This document shows, piece by piece, positions 1 to 9,668 of a stretch of 64,000 nt of DNA; the stretch's first letter is position 1, and each line of letters opens with the position of its first letter. The DNA lies in contig CAWAOD010000009.1 in the NCBI GenBank assembly GCA_963783575.1, forward strand, positions 384,001-448,000. Direction: 5' to 3'. Under the pieces are notes generated by a model, which had not been told where the DNA came from, did no database searches, and worked only from the letters and a program-made list of their open reading frames with translations. Origin of the DNA: an uncultured Spirochaetota bacterium. Lineage in GTDB: Bacteria; Spirochaetota; Brevinematia; Brevinematales; JAOACQ01. Made by a program: the position numbers and the translations under genes.

Positions 1-36
1 CTTGTTTTATAAATATTAGTATAATAGGAGGTTAAA

Positions 37-531
37 ATGAATCCTAATGTTAATTTGACATTATTTTCTAAGGATAGTTATCGCTCGACCCGACAAGGGA
101 AAATGGTGCTTAATTTTAGTGCGCTCCAAATATTTCCCTTATTGTGCCCAGTAGAAGAGTATAAATGGTTCCCAGGCTGGGAATGTATAATGGTATATTC
201 CAAAACAGGGATTGCAGAGAAAGATGCCGTCTTTTTAACCAAAGAAAAGGACGGTTCTAATATTGTCTGGACAGTTATCACATATGATCCACCCAATTTA
301 ATTGAATTTAGTATCGTAAACGGTCTGAATTCCGTCGAGAGATTCAGTATTATTTTGACAGAGATATCTCATAAAAGTACTGAACTTGAATGGAAAATCA
401 TGAATACATCTTATTCAAAAAATAGTATTGAACAAAACAAAAATCAAAATAATGAATCTTTTAATATTTTTTTAGAAGATAGAAAAAAGGAAATGGACTA
501 CTATCTACGGACAGGGAAAATAATTCAATAA
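37..531 (+). CDS. SRPBCC/START-like fold hypothetical protein (cassette gene)
   Basis: AGGAGG RBS; motif FPLLCPVEEYKWFPGW...WTVITYDPP; followed by attC at 552. Confidence 0.6.
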   Translation: MNPNVNLTLFSKDSYRSTRQGKMVLNFSALQIFPLLCPVEEYKWFPGWECIMVYSKTGIAEKDAVFLTKEKDGSNIVWTVITYDPPNLIEFSIVNGLNSVERFSIILTEISHKSTELEWKIMNTSYSKNSIEQNKNQNNESFNIFLEDRKKEMDYYLRTGKIIQ

Positions 532-551
532 TTATATTAATAAGGCACTGC

Positions 552-712
552 GCACAACAGCAAGTCAGCGGTTGCGCTCGAGTACTCGCTCCACCCAAAT
601 CGCCGGGCTGGTTGAAAGCAATTAAATATGTTAATTTTTATAAATGCTTTTTGATATAATATTTACAGCTTAATTAAATACCGGCGACTTCGCCGACTTG
701 CACCCGTTGTAC
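552..712 (+). other. attC-like recombination site 1 (161 bp)
   Basis: R'' GCACAAC 552-558 and R' GTTGTAC 706-712. Arms GCAAGTCAGCG / CGCCGACTTGC; inner stem ATCGCCGG / CCGGCGAC; AT-rich central loop. Confidence 0.8.
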
Positions 713-822
713 GAAAATTTCCGGGCCGAAGCTGATGATATTACTTTTCCGGCGTCCTTGCCGGAAAAATGATTTATTATTTAAAATGTATTAGAATTTA
801 TATCGATTAGTAGAGGTTTTAA

Positions 823-2160
823 ATGGCATTATTATCAGAAATTGAATCTGCACTAATGCTTGGAATTACAGTTGAATTATTAAATTCATATACAAAATAT
901 TGTCCAAAATCTGGCGAAAATGTTAAATTAAAATATAAAATAGTAAAAGGTATAAAACATTTTGAAAAAGATGATATTCTATTTTATCATAAATATTTAA
1001 ACAGTCCGTGGCCTATGCCAAAAAAAGGAGAAAGACCATATATTCCTAAAGCAATCCAAGATTTTATAAAGTTTGAATCACATTATTCCTGTTCAATTTG
1101 CGGTCATATGGATAATGGTGAAATAGCACATATTGAAGCAGTTTCAACAACACTAAATAATAGTCCAGATAATCTTATTTATTTATGTCCAAATCATCAT
1201 ACAAAATATGATTATGGTTACAAACCTAATAGTAATGTTACATTAGAAGAAATTCGTGCTTCAAAACTTTTAAAAAGAAATGCTTTACAAAGAGTGATGA
1301 AATATGAGTCTAATACAGTTAAATTATTAAAAGTTACATTATTAAACATAAAATCAATCAGTGAAAAACTAGCCTTTGAAAGTGATAAAACAATGCTAGA
1401 GATTTATAATGTTGAATTACAAAACATTGTGAAGAATTTACCAGAATATATAGATAAAGCAAATGATGACGCAAAAAAAGATATAAGTTTAGTAAATGAA
1501 AAAGAACTATTATCTAAAAATGCACCAAATTTAATAAAATATTCAAATATAATAATAAAAGATTCTTCTTTGTTCAAAACATCCGTTGACTCAATAATCA
1601 AGATTTCTAACGAAATATTTATTGATTTAGATGAATATCCCTGTCCTCATTGTGGAGGAAGCGGACTAACAGGATTACTCGGTGATATATGTGTTTATTG
1701 TAAAGGTTCTTGTGTAGTCTCAAAGCAAATGGTTAATAGTTATGACTCTAATAAAATTGATGAAGTTGAATGTCCTCATTGTGGAGGAAGCGGACTAACA
1801 GGATTACTCGGTAATATATGTATTTATTGTAAAGGTTCTCGTAGAGTATCTCATAAAAAGTTTGATCAGTATGATCCAGATAAAATCGATGAAGTTGATT
1901 GCCCTCGTTGTGGGGGAAGCGGACTAACAGGATTACTCGGTGATATATGTACTTATTGTAAAGGTTCTCGTAGAGTATCTCATAAAAAGTTTGATGAGTA
2001 TGATCCCGATGAAACCAATGAAGTTGAATGTCCTCATTGTAGGGGAAGTGGTCTATCAGGATTAGTCGGTAATGTATGTAAATTATGTAAAGGTTCATGT
2101 GTTGTAACTAAGATAGTATATAAAGAATATATCAAGAAATATGGAACTATTGGCGATTAA
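823..2160 (+). CDS. HNH endonuclease fused to four DnaJ-like CxxCxGxG zinc-finger repeats (cassette gene)
   Basis: HNH motif CSICG...EIAHI...NSPDNLIYLCPNHH; C-terminal 4 x CP(H/R)C(G/R)GSGL(T/S)GL(L/V)G(D/N)(I/V)CxxCKGS. Confidence 0.8.
   Translation: MALLSEIESALMLGITVELLNSYTKYCPKSGENVKLKYKIVKGIKHFEKDDILFYHKYLNSPWPMPKKGERPYIPKAIQDFIKFESHYSCSICGHMDNGEIAHIEAVSTTLNNSPDNLIYLCPNHHTKYDYGYKPNSNVTLEEIRASKLLKRNALQRVMKYESNTVKLLKVTLLNIKSISEKLAFESDKTMLEIYNVELQNIVKNLPEYIDKANDDAKKDISLVNEKELLSKNAPNLIKYSNIIIKDSSLFKTSVDSIIKISNEIFIDLDEYPCPHCGGSGLTGLLGDICVYCKGSCVVSKQMVNSYDSNKIDEVECPHCGGSGLTGLLGNICIYCKGSRRVSHKKFDQYDPDKIDEVDCPRCGGSGLTGLLGDICTYCKGSRRVSHKKFDEYDPDETNEVECPHCRGSGLSGLVGNVCKLCKGSCVVTKIVYKEYIKKYGTIGD
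1630..2106 (+). repeat. Intragenic tandem repeat, 4 x 129 bp (43 aa)
   Basis: TG(T/C)CCTC(A/G)TTGT...AAAGGTTC units start at 1642, 1771, 1900 and 2029. Confidence 0.9.
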
Positions 2161-2224
2161 AGCCTCCGCCGTCCTGGGCTCCGGCTTTTTGCTTAAACAT
2201 TCGGCCCGGAAAACATCGTACAAC

Positions 2225-3978
2225 GGCCTTGTAGAAAAAGTTAATTTCAGGTAATAATCCTCCATTCCCAAACAGTTTGTTTTTTTTGATCTGTCTGGAA
2301 TTACTTTATTTATATAAAACCGGGCTGAATTTACCGGCAAAGCTGCTTTTATTCCATCACTATGCCATTATATCCCTCCATAGACCTGAATTTTCCCGAT
2401 ATTGTGCACAGTATTATATAATACCCATTGAATATTCACTTTTCCCTTTCCCCTCAGCGTAAATCGATCCATACCTTTACATGCCCTTATATTCCCGAAT
2501 ACAGGCTCAACTATAGCCATTCTTTTCGCATAAAGCTTTCTGCCTTCAGGTGTATCTATGAACTTTCTCATTTCGTCCGAGTAATGTCTGTTATCCGCAT
2601 TTAACGGCCTTTTTGGCTATATAGTAGCTCTTATGGAACCTCCGTGTTCCCAAGGTTGTTTGATTTTATTTTAATTCTTCAGGAAGTCTTTCTGGAATGG
2701 ACAATTACGGCAGGCCGATAACCGGCACATATACTTCGCATATGTAATATGATTCACCGTATAGTTATATCTGAACCTGAGTTCCTCTCCTTTCTTGCAT
2801 ATATAAACATTATTTTCCGGATCATATTGAAAATCATCAATTGTATACTGCCCTTTCTTCGCAGGCTTATGTCTGTCAGCGGTTTCAAACCTGCAATCGC
2901 GCTTCCTGAAATTCGTATCCGGGATGACCGGTTTCATACCGTTTTGCGAAATATATTTCAGGTTCTTTTCGCTGAAATAATTGGTGTCCGCGGTGATTAT
3001 TTTATCCTTTAAATCTTTTCCCAATTCTACTTTTGCTTTACGGATCATCCCTTTCAGGAATTCCCCCTCAGACCCGCTCCCAAAAGCTTCGGGATATACC
3101 ACAACCTGATACTTCGAATCCACTACAGAAAGTCCGTTGTAGCCCTGGATAACACCATGTGAACTCTTTATTTTCGCACTCTCGTTGTCAGTGACATTGG
3201 ACTGCTTTTCACCATGCCGTGCCTTGTTTTTGGGTTTTTCACTTTCCAGAAACTTTTCTATCTTTTCAGCTTTCTTTAAAATCTTCTCGATCCGTGCCAG
3301 ATCTTTTTCCTTATCCTTCTCAGGAAAACCGCCGTCCTGATCACGCTTTTCATGTTCATCAAGCATTTCCTTAACCAGGTTTTCCAGCTTCTCTTTTTTC
3401 TTCTTCAAATCCTTAAATGTTCCGCTCCATTCCTTTGATGCATTTGACGATAGTTTGCACCCGTCCAGCGCGAACATATCCCCGCCTATGAGATTCAGTT
3501 CGTCACAAACCATCAATATATTCAGGAATACGGTATTTATCTCATTTTTCATCGAAGAAACAAAATCGGCGATTGAAGTAAAGTGCGGTATTGAATTGGC
3601 GGAAATGGCTTTGGCTATAATATTCGTTTTACACAAATATTCGATTTCACGTGATGTAAAAATACCGCGGGAATAGCTGTAGAGTATTATCTTCAGCATA
3701 ACCCGCGGATTATAGGCCGGGGCACCGGTAGCATCGTTCTTATACTTATTCTCAAAGATTTTAAGATCAATTCTGCTGTCAACAAGAAAACTGAGTGTAT
3801 ATTCAAATGTTCCCGGTATAATCTGCTCATCGAATGAGACAGGTATGAGTTCCATTTGATCGTAATTAACTTTCTTATGTCTTGCCATAATTGATTTCCC
3901 CTCTTGATTTTATTTACAATATATTTTAAAGTATAACCGTTATTTTGTACATGAATGACGGACTTTTTCTACAGGCTC
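2225..3978 (-). mobile_element. IS1182-family insertion sequence inserted in attC site 2
   Basis: Terminal IRs GGCCTTGTAGAAAAAGT / ACTTTTTCTACAGGCTC; AAC target duplication at 2222-2224 and 3979-3981; encloses the transposase. Confidence 0.9.
2368..3888 (-). pseudogene. IS1182-family transposase interrupted by in-frame stops (ORFs 2671-3888 and 2368-2571, same frame)
   Basis: GAPAYNPRVMLKIILYSY, ALDGCKLSSNAS, ITADTNYFS and C-terminal RMAIVEPVFGNIR motifs; stops at 2671-2673 and ~2617. Confidence 0.85.
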
Positions 3979-3981
3979 AAC

Positions 3982-4200
3982 AACAGCTTAGCGTTCCGTT
4001 CCTCGGCGTTGCGACGCCTGCGGTACTCAGGGCTGCGCCCACATTTGCCTTTGACACAGTTTTTGCGTTATAATATTTGAAGGAAAGTTTTATGAGAAAT
4101 AATAAAATTTTACACTTTAAGGAAGCATTTACACAAAAAGGCAAAAACTGCGCCAATCGCTGACACGAACGTCAAACGTCGCCAAGCTATACCGTTATGT
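3982..4200 (+). other. attC-like site 2, main part (R'' GTACAAC at 2218-2224 lies left of the IS; reconstructed length ~226 bp)
   Basis: Arms AGCTTAGCG / CGCCAAGCT; inner stem CAGTTTTTGC 4057-4066 / GCAAAAACTG 4141-4150; R' GTTATGT 4194-4200. Confidence 0.75.
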
Positions 4201-4301
4201 GCAATACTCGCGTTCGATTTAATAAATATTTATAGGGCGATTTAATTTTGCTTCTAAATTTTTTTTGATATAAAATAATACTTATAAATTTCAACTTTTT
4301 T

Positions 4302-4331
4302 TTGACTTTATTCTACTTTCTCATATAGAAT
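4302..4331 (+). promoter_or_regulatory. Putative sigma70 promoter inside the SRPBCC-EVE cassette
   Basis: TTGACT-N18-TAGAAT; AT-rich context lowers specificity. Confidence 0.35.
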
Positions 4332-4399
4332 ATTTGACAGATTAAAATTAAAATATAATTATAAAAATAAGTTAATTGTAAAGTAAGGAGGATATTATT

Positions 4400-4819
4400 A
4401 TGATAAGTAAATCATTTTCAACAACAACTAAGAAGGTTTCAAAAGAGCAACTTTGGAAGCTTATGTCCCACATCAATGATTGGAAAAAGTGGGATAACAC
4501 AGTTGAATATTCTGAACTTCAAGGAGACTTTAAAACTGGATCAACATTTATTTTAAAACCTAAAGAAGGACCAAAAGTAAAAATAAAATTAATTGAAGTA
4601 AAACCAAATAATTATTTTAAAGACTGTACTATATTTCCTTTGGCTAAAATGTTTGGAGAACATTGGTATGAGGAAACGTCTGATGGCGTAAAAATTACTG
4701 TAACGATGACTATAAAAGGTATTCTGTCCTTTTTATGGTATAAAATAGTTATGAAGGAATTAGTTGAACATCTTCCGGAAGATGTAAAAAATCAAATTCA
4801 AGCTGCATATAAGTTATAA
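4400..4819 (+). CDS. SRPBCC family (polyketide cyclase/dehydrase-like) protein
   Basis: AAGGAGG RBS; motif WKLMSHINDWKKWD...LQGDFKTGS...KPKEGP. Confidence 0.8.
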   Translation: MISKSFSTTTKKVSKEQLWKLMSHINDWKKWDNTVEYSELQGDFKTGSTFILKPKEGPKVKIKLIEVKPNNYFKDCTIFPLAKMFGEHWYEETSDGVKITVTMTIKGILSFLWYKIVMKELVEHLPEDVKNQIQAAYKL

Positions 4820-4873
4820 TTTATTTGCACTATAATTAGAGTAATCTAGAAGATTTATAAAAGAGGTATTAAT

Positions 4874-5305
4874 ATGAAATATTGGATTAATACAGTTTCA
4901 AAAGATCATGTTATGATTGGTAAAAAAAATGGAATAGTTCAAGCCAATCATGGAAAATTATCACCATTGAAACGATTAAAAGTTGGAGATCAAATAATTT
5001 ATTATTCGCCGAAAACCTCATTCGAAAATGGTGAACCTTTAAAAGCATTTACAGCAATTGCAGAAATAATCGATGAAAAAATATATCAAATAGAATTAAG
5101 TGATGACTTTAAACCATATAGAATAAATGCTAAATATTTGGATTGCAATGAAGTTAAAATTGAACCTCTGATAGAAAGTTTAAATTTTATTAAGAATAAA
5201 AAATCTTGGGGTTATATGTTTAGATTTGGATTATTTGAAATAACAAAACATGATTTTGATTTGATTTATTCGATGATGAAAAAACAACGCGAGTACAGCA
5301 CATAA
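4874..5305 (+). CDS. EVE domain-containing protein
   Basis: MKYWINTVSKDHV...HGK...LKVGD.IIYYSP...WGYMFRFGLFEI; the stop codon TAA lies within R'' ACATAAC. Confidence 0.9.
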   Translation: MKYWINTVSKDHVMIGKKNGIVQANHGKLSPLKRLKVGDQIIYYSPKTSFENGEPLKAFTAIAEIIDEKIYQIELSDDFKPYRINAKYLDCNEVKIEPLIESLNFIKNKKSWGYMFRFGLFEITKHDFDLIYSMMKKQREYST

Positions 5306-5604
5306 CGGCCTTGTAGAAAAAGTTAATTTCAGGTAATAATCCTCCCTTTCCAAACAGCATGTTTTTTTTGATCTGTCCGGAATCACTTTTTTATATAAAA
5401 CCGGGCTGAATTTACCGGCAAAACTGCTTTTATTCCATCACTATGCCATTATATACCACCATATGGAAATGTCAAGAGTTTTTCCCATATCTGCGCTCGG
5501 GTAATTTCCCACCCCTTCCACAAGAGTATTTCCCATATGCTTCACAAGAGTTTTCCCCATACCTTCCACGTGAGTATTTCCCATAGTGAGGAGGCAAAGA
5601 ATGG

Positions 5605-6354
5605 TTACTCAACCTCCTTATTCAAATTTTGTATTCTGTAAGATTCTCCGCTCAAGTTATAAATATTTGAATGATGTAAAAGCCTATCCAGAAGAGCGGT
5701 TGTCATAATCGGGTCTCCCATCATTTCAGCCCAATCCTGAAATCCCTTATTCGATGTTATCACAATTGATGTCTTTTCATACAATTCACTTACAAGACTA
5801 AAGAATAGATTTGCCTCCTTCTTTTCGATAGGTGTGTAACCTATCTCATCAATGATTAATAAGTGTGACTTCATCATCCGGTTCAGCCTGAAAGCAGAGC
5901 TTCTCTGGATGTCCGCCGTTTTCAGAAACTTAATGAGAGTAGTCATCCTTTCAAAGCAGACAATATATCCCTTTTCAACTGCCCGGATTCCGATACTAAT
6001 TGCCAGATGCGTTTTCCCCAGCCCCGGAGACCCAAAGAACAACAGGTTATGATGATTATCAATCCAGCAGAAATCCAATAGCTGTGAAACATCCATTTTA
6101 GATATTCCATTCACTTTTTCAAAATTAAAACCTTCCACATCTTTGCGGACCGGGAAGTGTGCTCCTGCCATATTCCGCTGAAAACGTTTTTCCACTCTAT
6201 AATTCAATTCCAGAGAAAGCAGCCTCTGCAGAAAACTCAGATAAGACTCTTTTGCCTTTTCAGCCTCACCAATTTCCTCATCAATCCGTTTTATCATACC
6301 CTTCAACCCGAGAGTTGTAAGCGCAGTTATGATTTGTTCTCTTATCTTCAACAT
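5605..6354 (-). CDS. istB: IS21 helper ATPase IstB
   Basis: Walker A GSPGLGKT, Walker B LLIIDEIGY, ITSN and ALLDRLLHH motifs. Confidence 0.95.
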   Translation of the reverse strand: MLKIREQIITALTTLGLKGMIKRIDEEIGEAEKAKESYLSFLQRLLSLELNYRVEKRFQRNMAGAHFPVRKDVEGFNFEKVNGISKMDVSQLLDFCWIDNHHNLLFFGSPGLGKTHLAISIGIRAVEKGYIVCFERMTTLIKFLKTADIQRSSAFRLNRMMKSHLLIIDEIGYTPIEKKEANLFFSLVSELYEKTSIVITSNKGFQDWAEMMGDPIMTTALLDRLLHHSNIYNLSGESYRIQNLNKEVE

Positions 6355-7901
6355 TGCCGGCCCCCGATGGAGTCACAGAAACTCTGGTATTTCCCGATGT
6401 CTGATTTAGCTACTTCAAGATAGTGTTCAGGATTCACTGAAGGCCTGACAATCTTTTCAACATTCAAGGGTATTTCTGCCTTTTCTGTTATAAAACAGTT
6501 CAGGTAATTATCCCACAAATCCTTCATGGAATAACTATCACTCTCCAGGCAGTTTGAGATCGCTTGTGTAAGCTTCCCGGTATCAATTATCTTGTCCCTG
6601 AAGTATTTTCTTCCGGAAAGACATTGGTCCCTTACATAACGATTGAACTTCCTGAAATTACATTCAAGAAAATCCTTCCAGCCGGGAATATCAAAGTACC
6701 CGCTTACTTCTTCTTTCAATAACTGCACAGTCTTTCCCATTTCCCGGATCATTGACCTGTTGGTTACAATCTGCCCCGGAATCACTGAAAGCCGGTATTC
6801 GGCGATTTGCTCTCCCGTTATCCTGTCAAAGACAAAAAGCCGACTGCCCGTCTTGTAGATGTCCACCGAACCGTTCCTGTATTTTTCGGGAATATCATAC
6901 TGGCTTGCATCAACTGCGATCCGGCATTTATCGCTTACACTGCGCTCTTCCCTTGCTCCTATCCTGTCTTTACGGAATATCGAATTCCTGACAGATTGGA
7001 GATATGGTCTTTCCGTTTCAATCTCTATCAGTGGTATTTTCATTGTAGCCTGGGATATTCTCCCGTTGGCTTTTCTTTCCAGCCATTTCATCAGGCTTTC
7101 TTCCGCTTCCATTAAACTGTTGAACTCCCGGACTGAGAAGAAACCGTGCTTGATGAATTTGACTACGTTTTCAATCTTTCCCTTACTTTCCGGGTCAGCA
7201 GGTCGGCACACATACATTTTAAGACCCATTTCCCCGATGAAATACTGAAAGTCTTTCGTGTAGATGATATCGCCTGAGTTCTCACTCGCAACCATCGTGC
7301 AGTCCTGATCGATGACAAGTTCATGCGGTATCCCGCCCATATATGCGAAACAGTCCAACAGATGATTGATAAGGTCTTCTGTCCGGAATGGCCTCTCCTG
7401 GAGGGCCGCATACTTAAAACGACTGGCGGATAACACCGCGGCAAATATGTAATACCTTCTGCCATATCTGTCGGTATATTGACCGAAATCAAGCTGGAGC
7501 TGCTTTCCATATGGCATGTCAGGCACTTTTGTGTAATACCGTCGCTTTTCATTCAAGGTAAGCTGCCCGCTTTCAATCAGGTAATGTACGAAATTCCTCA
7601 TCGTATTTTCATTCGCCGGTAGTTTGCCTTTTACCTCCAATAAATAGTCATACAAAGCAGACATATTCAGCCGGATGTAATCATTCTTTTCATATACTTT
7701 CAATATGTCTGTTTTTATTCCTTCGAATTCTTTTTCACGGAAAGAGAATTCCATCAGGCTTTTCTGGTATTCGGAATCGTTCATAGCCCAATATTTTCGG
7801 ACTGTCTTAATATCTATTGACAGTTCCCGGGATACACCATTTTTACTTTTCCCCAAAAGTTTCAGTTTTTTTATGTCCTGATACATAATATTTTTCACCA
7901 T
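6348..7901 (-). CDS. istA: IS21 transposase IstA
   Basis: N-terminal HTH; QLDFG, VIDQD and ESKGKIE DDE motifs; overlaps istB. Confidence 0.95.
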   Translation of the reverse strand: MVKNIMYQDIKKLKLLGKSKNGVSRELSIDIKTVRKYWAMNDSEYQKSLMEFSFREKEFEGIKTDILKVYEKNDYIRLNMSALYDYLLEVKGKLPANENTMRNFVHYLIESGQLTLNEKRRYYTKVPDMPYGKQLQLDFGQYTDRYGRRYYIFAAVLSASRFKYAALQERPFRTEDLINHLLDCFAYMGGIPHELVIDQDCTMVASENSGDIIYTKDFQYFIGEMGLKMYVCRPADPESKGKIENVVKFIKHGFFSVREFNSLMEAEESLMKWLERKANGRISQATMKIPLIEIETERPYLQSVRNSIFRKDRIGAREERSVSDKCRIAVDASQYDIPEKYRNGSVDIYKTGSRLFVFDRITGEQIAEYRLSVIPGQIVTNRSMIREMGKTVQLLKEEVSGYFDIPGWKDFLECNFRKFNRYVRDQCLSGRKYFRDKIIDTGKLTQAISNCLESDSYSMKDLWDNYLNCFITEKAEIPLNVEKIVRPSVNPEHYLEVAKSDIGKYQSFCDSIGGRQC

Positions 7902-8171
7902 TCCTGCCTTCCTTTAATGAATTTTCATTAAAGGTAATCTTCAAGCCTCTCTATGGGAAATCTGTTTGTGACAGGTATGGGAATTTCATTTATTGCTACC
8001 CTGGTAAATTAGTTTATCATTTCCACCATAGACCTGAATTTTTCCTGTAAAGAACAAAGCCTGCTTATGTGCGCCCCGCAACATTAACGCCATTTCCGAT
8101 TGAGATGATGACAATTTGTTCGTTAGGAATATGGGCCAATTAGACGCTTACTGATTGTCAGTATAAAGATT

Positions 8172-9614
8172 TTATTGCTCGTAATTATTTTCTTCAGTTT
8201 TGAATTTGCTAACCAGTTTATCTAATAATTCAAGATTATCACTATTTTTTTGATTTGATTGTGATAAGATTTCGATTGAATTTAGTATCTGAATAAATCC
8301 TGTATTTATTTCTTCAAATTTGTTTTTAGTATCACTTGAAATCAAACTAATATTTGACATTGATAAAGTAATATTATCACTTTTTGAATCAACATCATGG
8401 CTTTGATCTTTTAATTTTTCAAAACTTGCCATTTGTTTTGATAATGATAGAATTATTTCTTTACTATGTGATGTTAAATTATTCATTGAAGTTTTTATAT
8501 CAATCATGCTATCTGATATATCCGAAACAGTGATTGAGATTTTTTGAAATACTTCATTAATTTCAGTTGTTGATTTTTCAGAATCATGTATATTATCAAG
8601 TATATTTTTTAAGGAAGTATGTACAGATTTTGAATTCAATGATGTACTTTCAGCGAGTTTTCTTATTTCGGTTGCAATAATTAAAAATCCTTTACCTTGT
8701 TCTCCGGCATGTGATGCTTGAATCGCAGCATTCATTGCCAGCAAATTAGTCATTTCCGAAATATCGTTAATGATATCGATAAAATTGAGAATATTCCTTG
8801 TTGAGGCAACAACCTTCTTCATTATTTCATTATTATTATTAATTTTCACGGCGCTATCTTTTGCTATAACAACTAAATCATCAACGATTTTAAGTTTTTC
8901 TATTAATGTATTCTCAATAGTTTTTATTAAAGAAATCATAACTTCTATTACTGAAGAAGATTCGGTTATTTCAACTGCCTGATTAGTAATTTTGTCAACA
9001 GAATCATTTATTGTAATACGCATATCCTCTGAAAGAGTATTACATTTTTGTATTTCAGTATCAAGTGTATTCATCATTGTAAATATATTGGAAATGTTAT
9101 TTTGAATTTCTTCAATTGATAGTGAGACTTCTCCAAATGAAGCTGTTAACTCAATATTAGTTAATACAGAATTTTCTTTTGTTTTTTTAATTTCTTTAAT
9201 AGCAGAATTTAGGGTCGATAAATAATTGTTATAGTTTTCTGATATTTCACTAAATTCATTTGAATATTTTTTATTAATTGTATCTATCAGATTGAAATTT
9301 TTAGCATCTCCCAATTTACTTTTTAATTCTTTTAGAGGAGATAAAATAAGTTTATATAAAATCAATAAAAAAATAAGTATAAGTGTTATAAATAAAGGAA
9401 TCTCCCATAATAAATTACTTATACTGCTATTATTAAATAAGGCTCCGAATAATACCATAAGTATTGAATACGGAATAATATAAACAAAAACTTTTATTAT
9501 AACTAATTTTTTCTTAAAAAACATTTTAGTAATATAAAATGCTAAAATTGTAAATATTGTTATAGAAATAATAAATACTGAGTATTTTTCCATATATTCC
9601 ATATAATTAATCAA
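8172..9614 (-). CDS. Methyl-accepting chemotaxis protein
   Basis: N-terminal TM helices; MCP signature [34 protein letters not shown]. Confidence 0.9.
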   Translation of the reverse strand: MINYMEYMEKYSVFIISITIFTILAFYITKMFFKKKLVIIKVFVYIIPYSILMVLFGALFNNSSISNLLWEIPLFITLILIFLLILYKLILSPLKELKSKLGDAKNFNLIDTINKKYSNEFSEISENYNNYLSTLNSAIKEIKKTKENSVLTNIELTASFGEVSLSIEEIQNNISNIFTMMNTLDTEIQKCNTLSEDMRITINDSVDKITNQAVEITESSSVIEVMISLIKTIENTLIEKLKIVDDLVVIAKDSAVKINNNNEIMKKVVASTRNILNFIDIINDISEMTNLLAMNAAIQASHAGEQGKGFLIIATEIRKLAESTSLNSKSVHTSLKNILDNIHDSEKSTTEINEVFQKISITVSDISDSMIDIKTSMNNLTSHSKEIILSLSKQMASFEKLKDQSHDVDSKSDNITLSMSNISLISSDTKNKFEEINTGFIQILNSIEILSQSNQKNSDNLELLDKLVSKFKTEENNYEQ

Positions 9615-9668
9615 AAATATTACTTTTTATAAGATTCACAGATAATATTTTGATATTTTTTGGCATTA

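Larger units (their letters stand above)
5464..8025 (-). mobile_element. IS21-family insertion sequence
   Basis: TG...CA ends TGGAAATGTCAA / TTATCATTTCCA; 5-bp target duplication CCATA (5459-5463, 8026-8030); repeated subterminal GAGT(A/T)TTTCCCAT motifs; istA-istB pair. Confidence 0.95.
5307..8046 (-). mobile_element. Remnant (right end only) of a second, diverged copy of the IS1182 element, inserted after attC R'' and split by IS21
   Basis: 5307-5463 plus 8031-8046 match 2225-2397 with about a dozen differences; it starts right after ACATAAC 5300-5306. Confidence 0.85.

Noticed and set aside
1630..2106. DnaJ chaperone, or a DGR template/variable repeat pair
   Set aside because: There is no J-domain or HPD motif. 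The repeats are in-frame coding units, and no reverse transcriptase lies in the window.
5473..5586. Regularly spaced GAGT(A/T)TTTCCCAT repeats resembling a mini-CRISPR
   Set aside because: They are subterminal repeats inside the IS21 end, which is typical of that family.
8047..8130. Possible attC (ACATTAAC ... GTTAGGA)
   Set aside because: No convincing inner arm complementarity and no match to the other attC sites.
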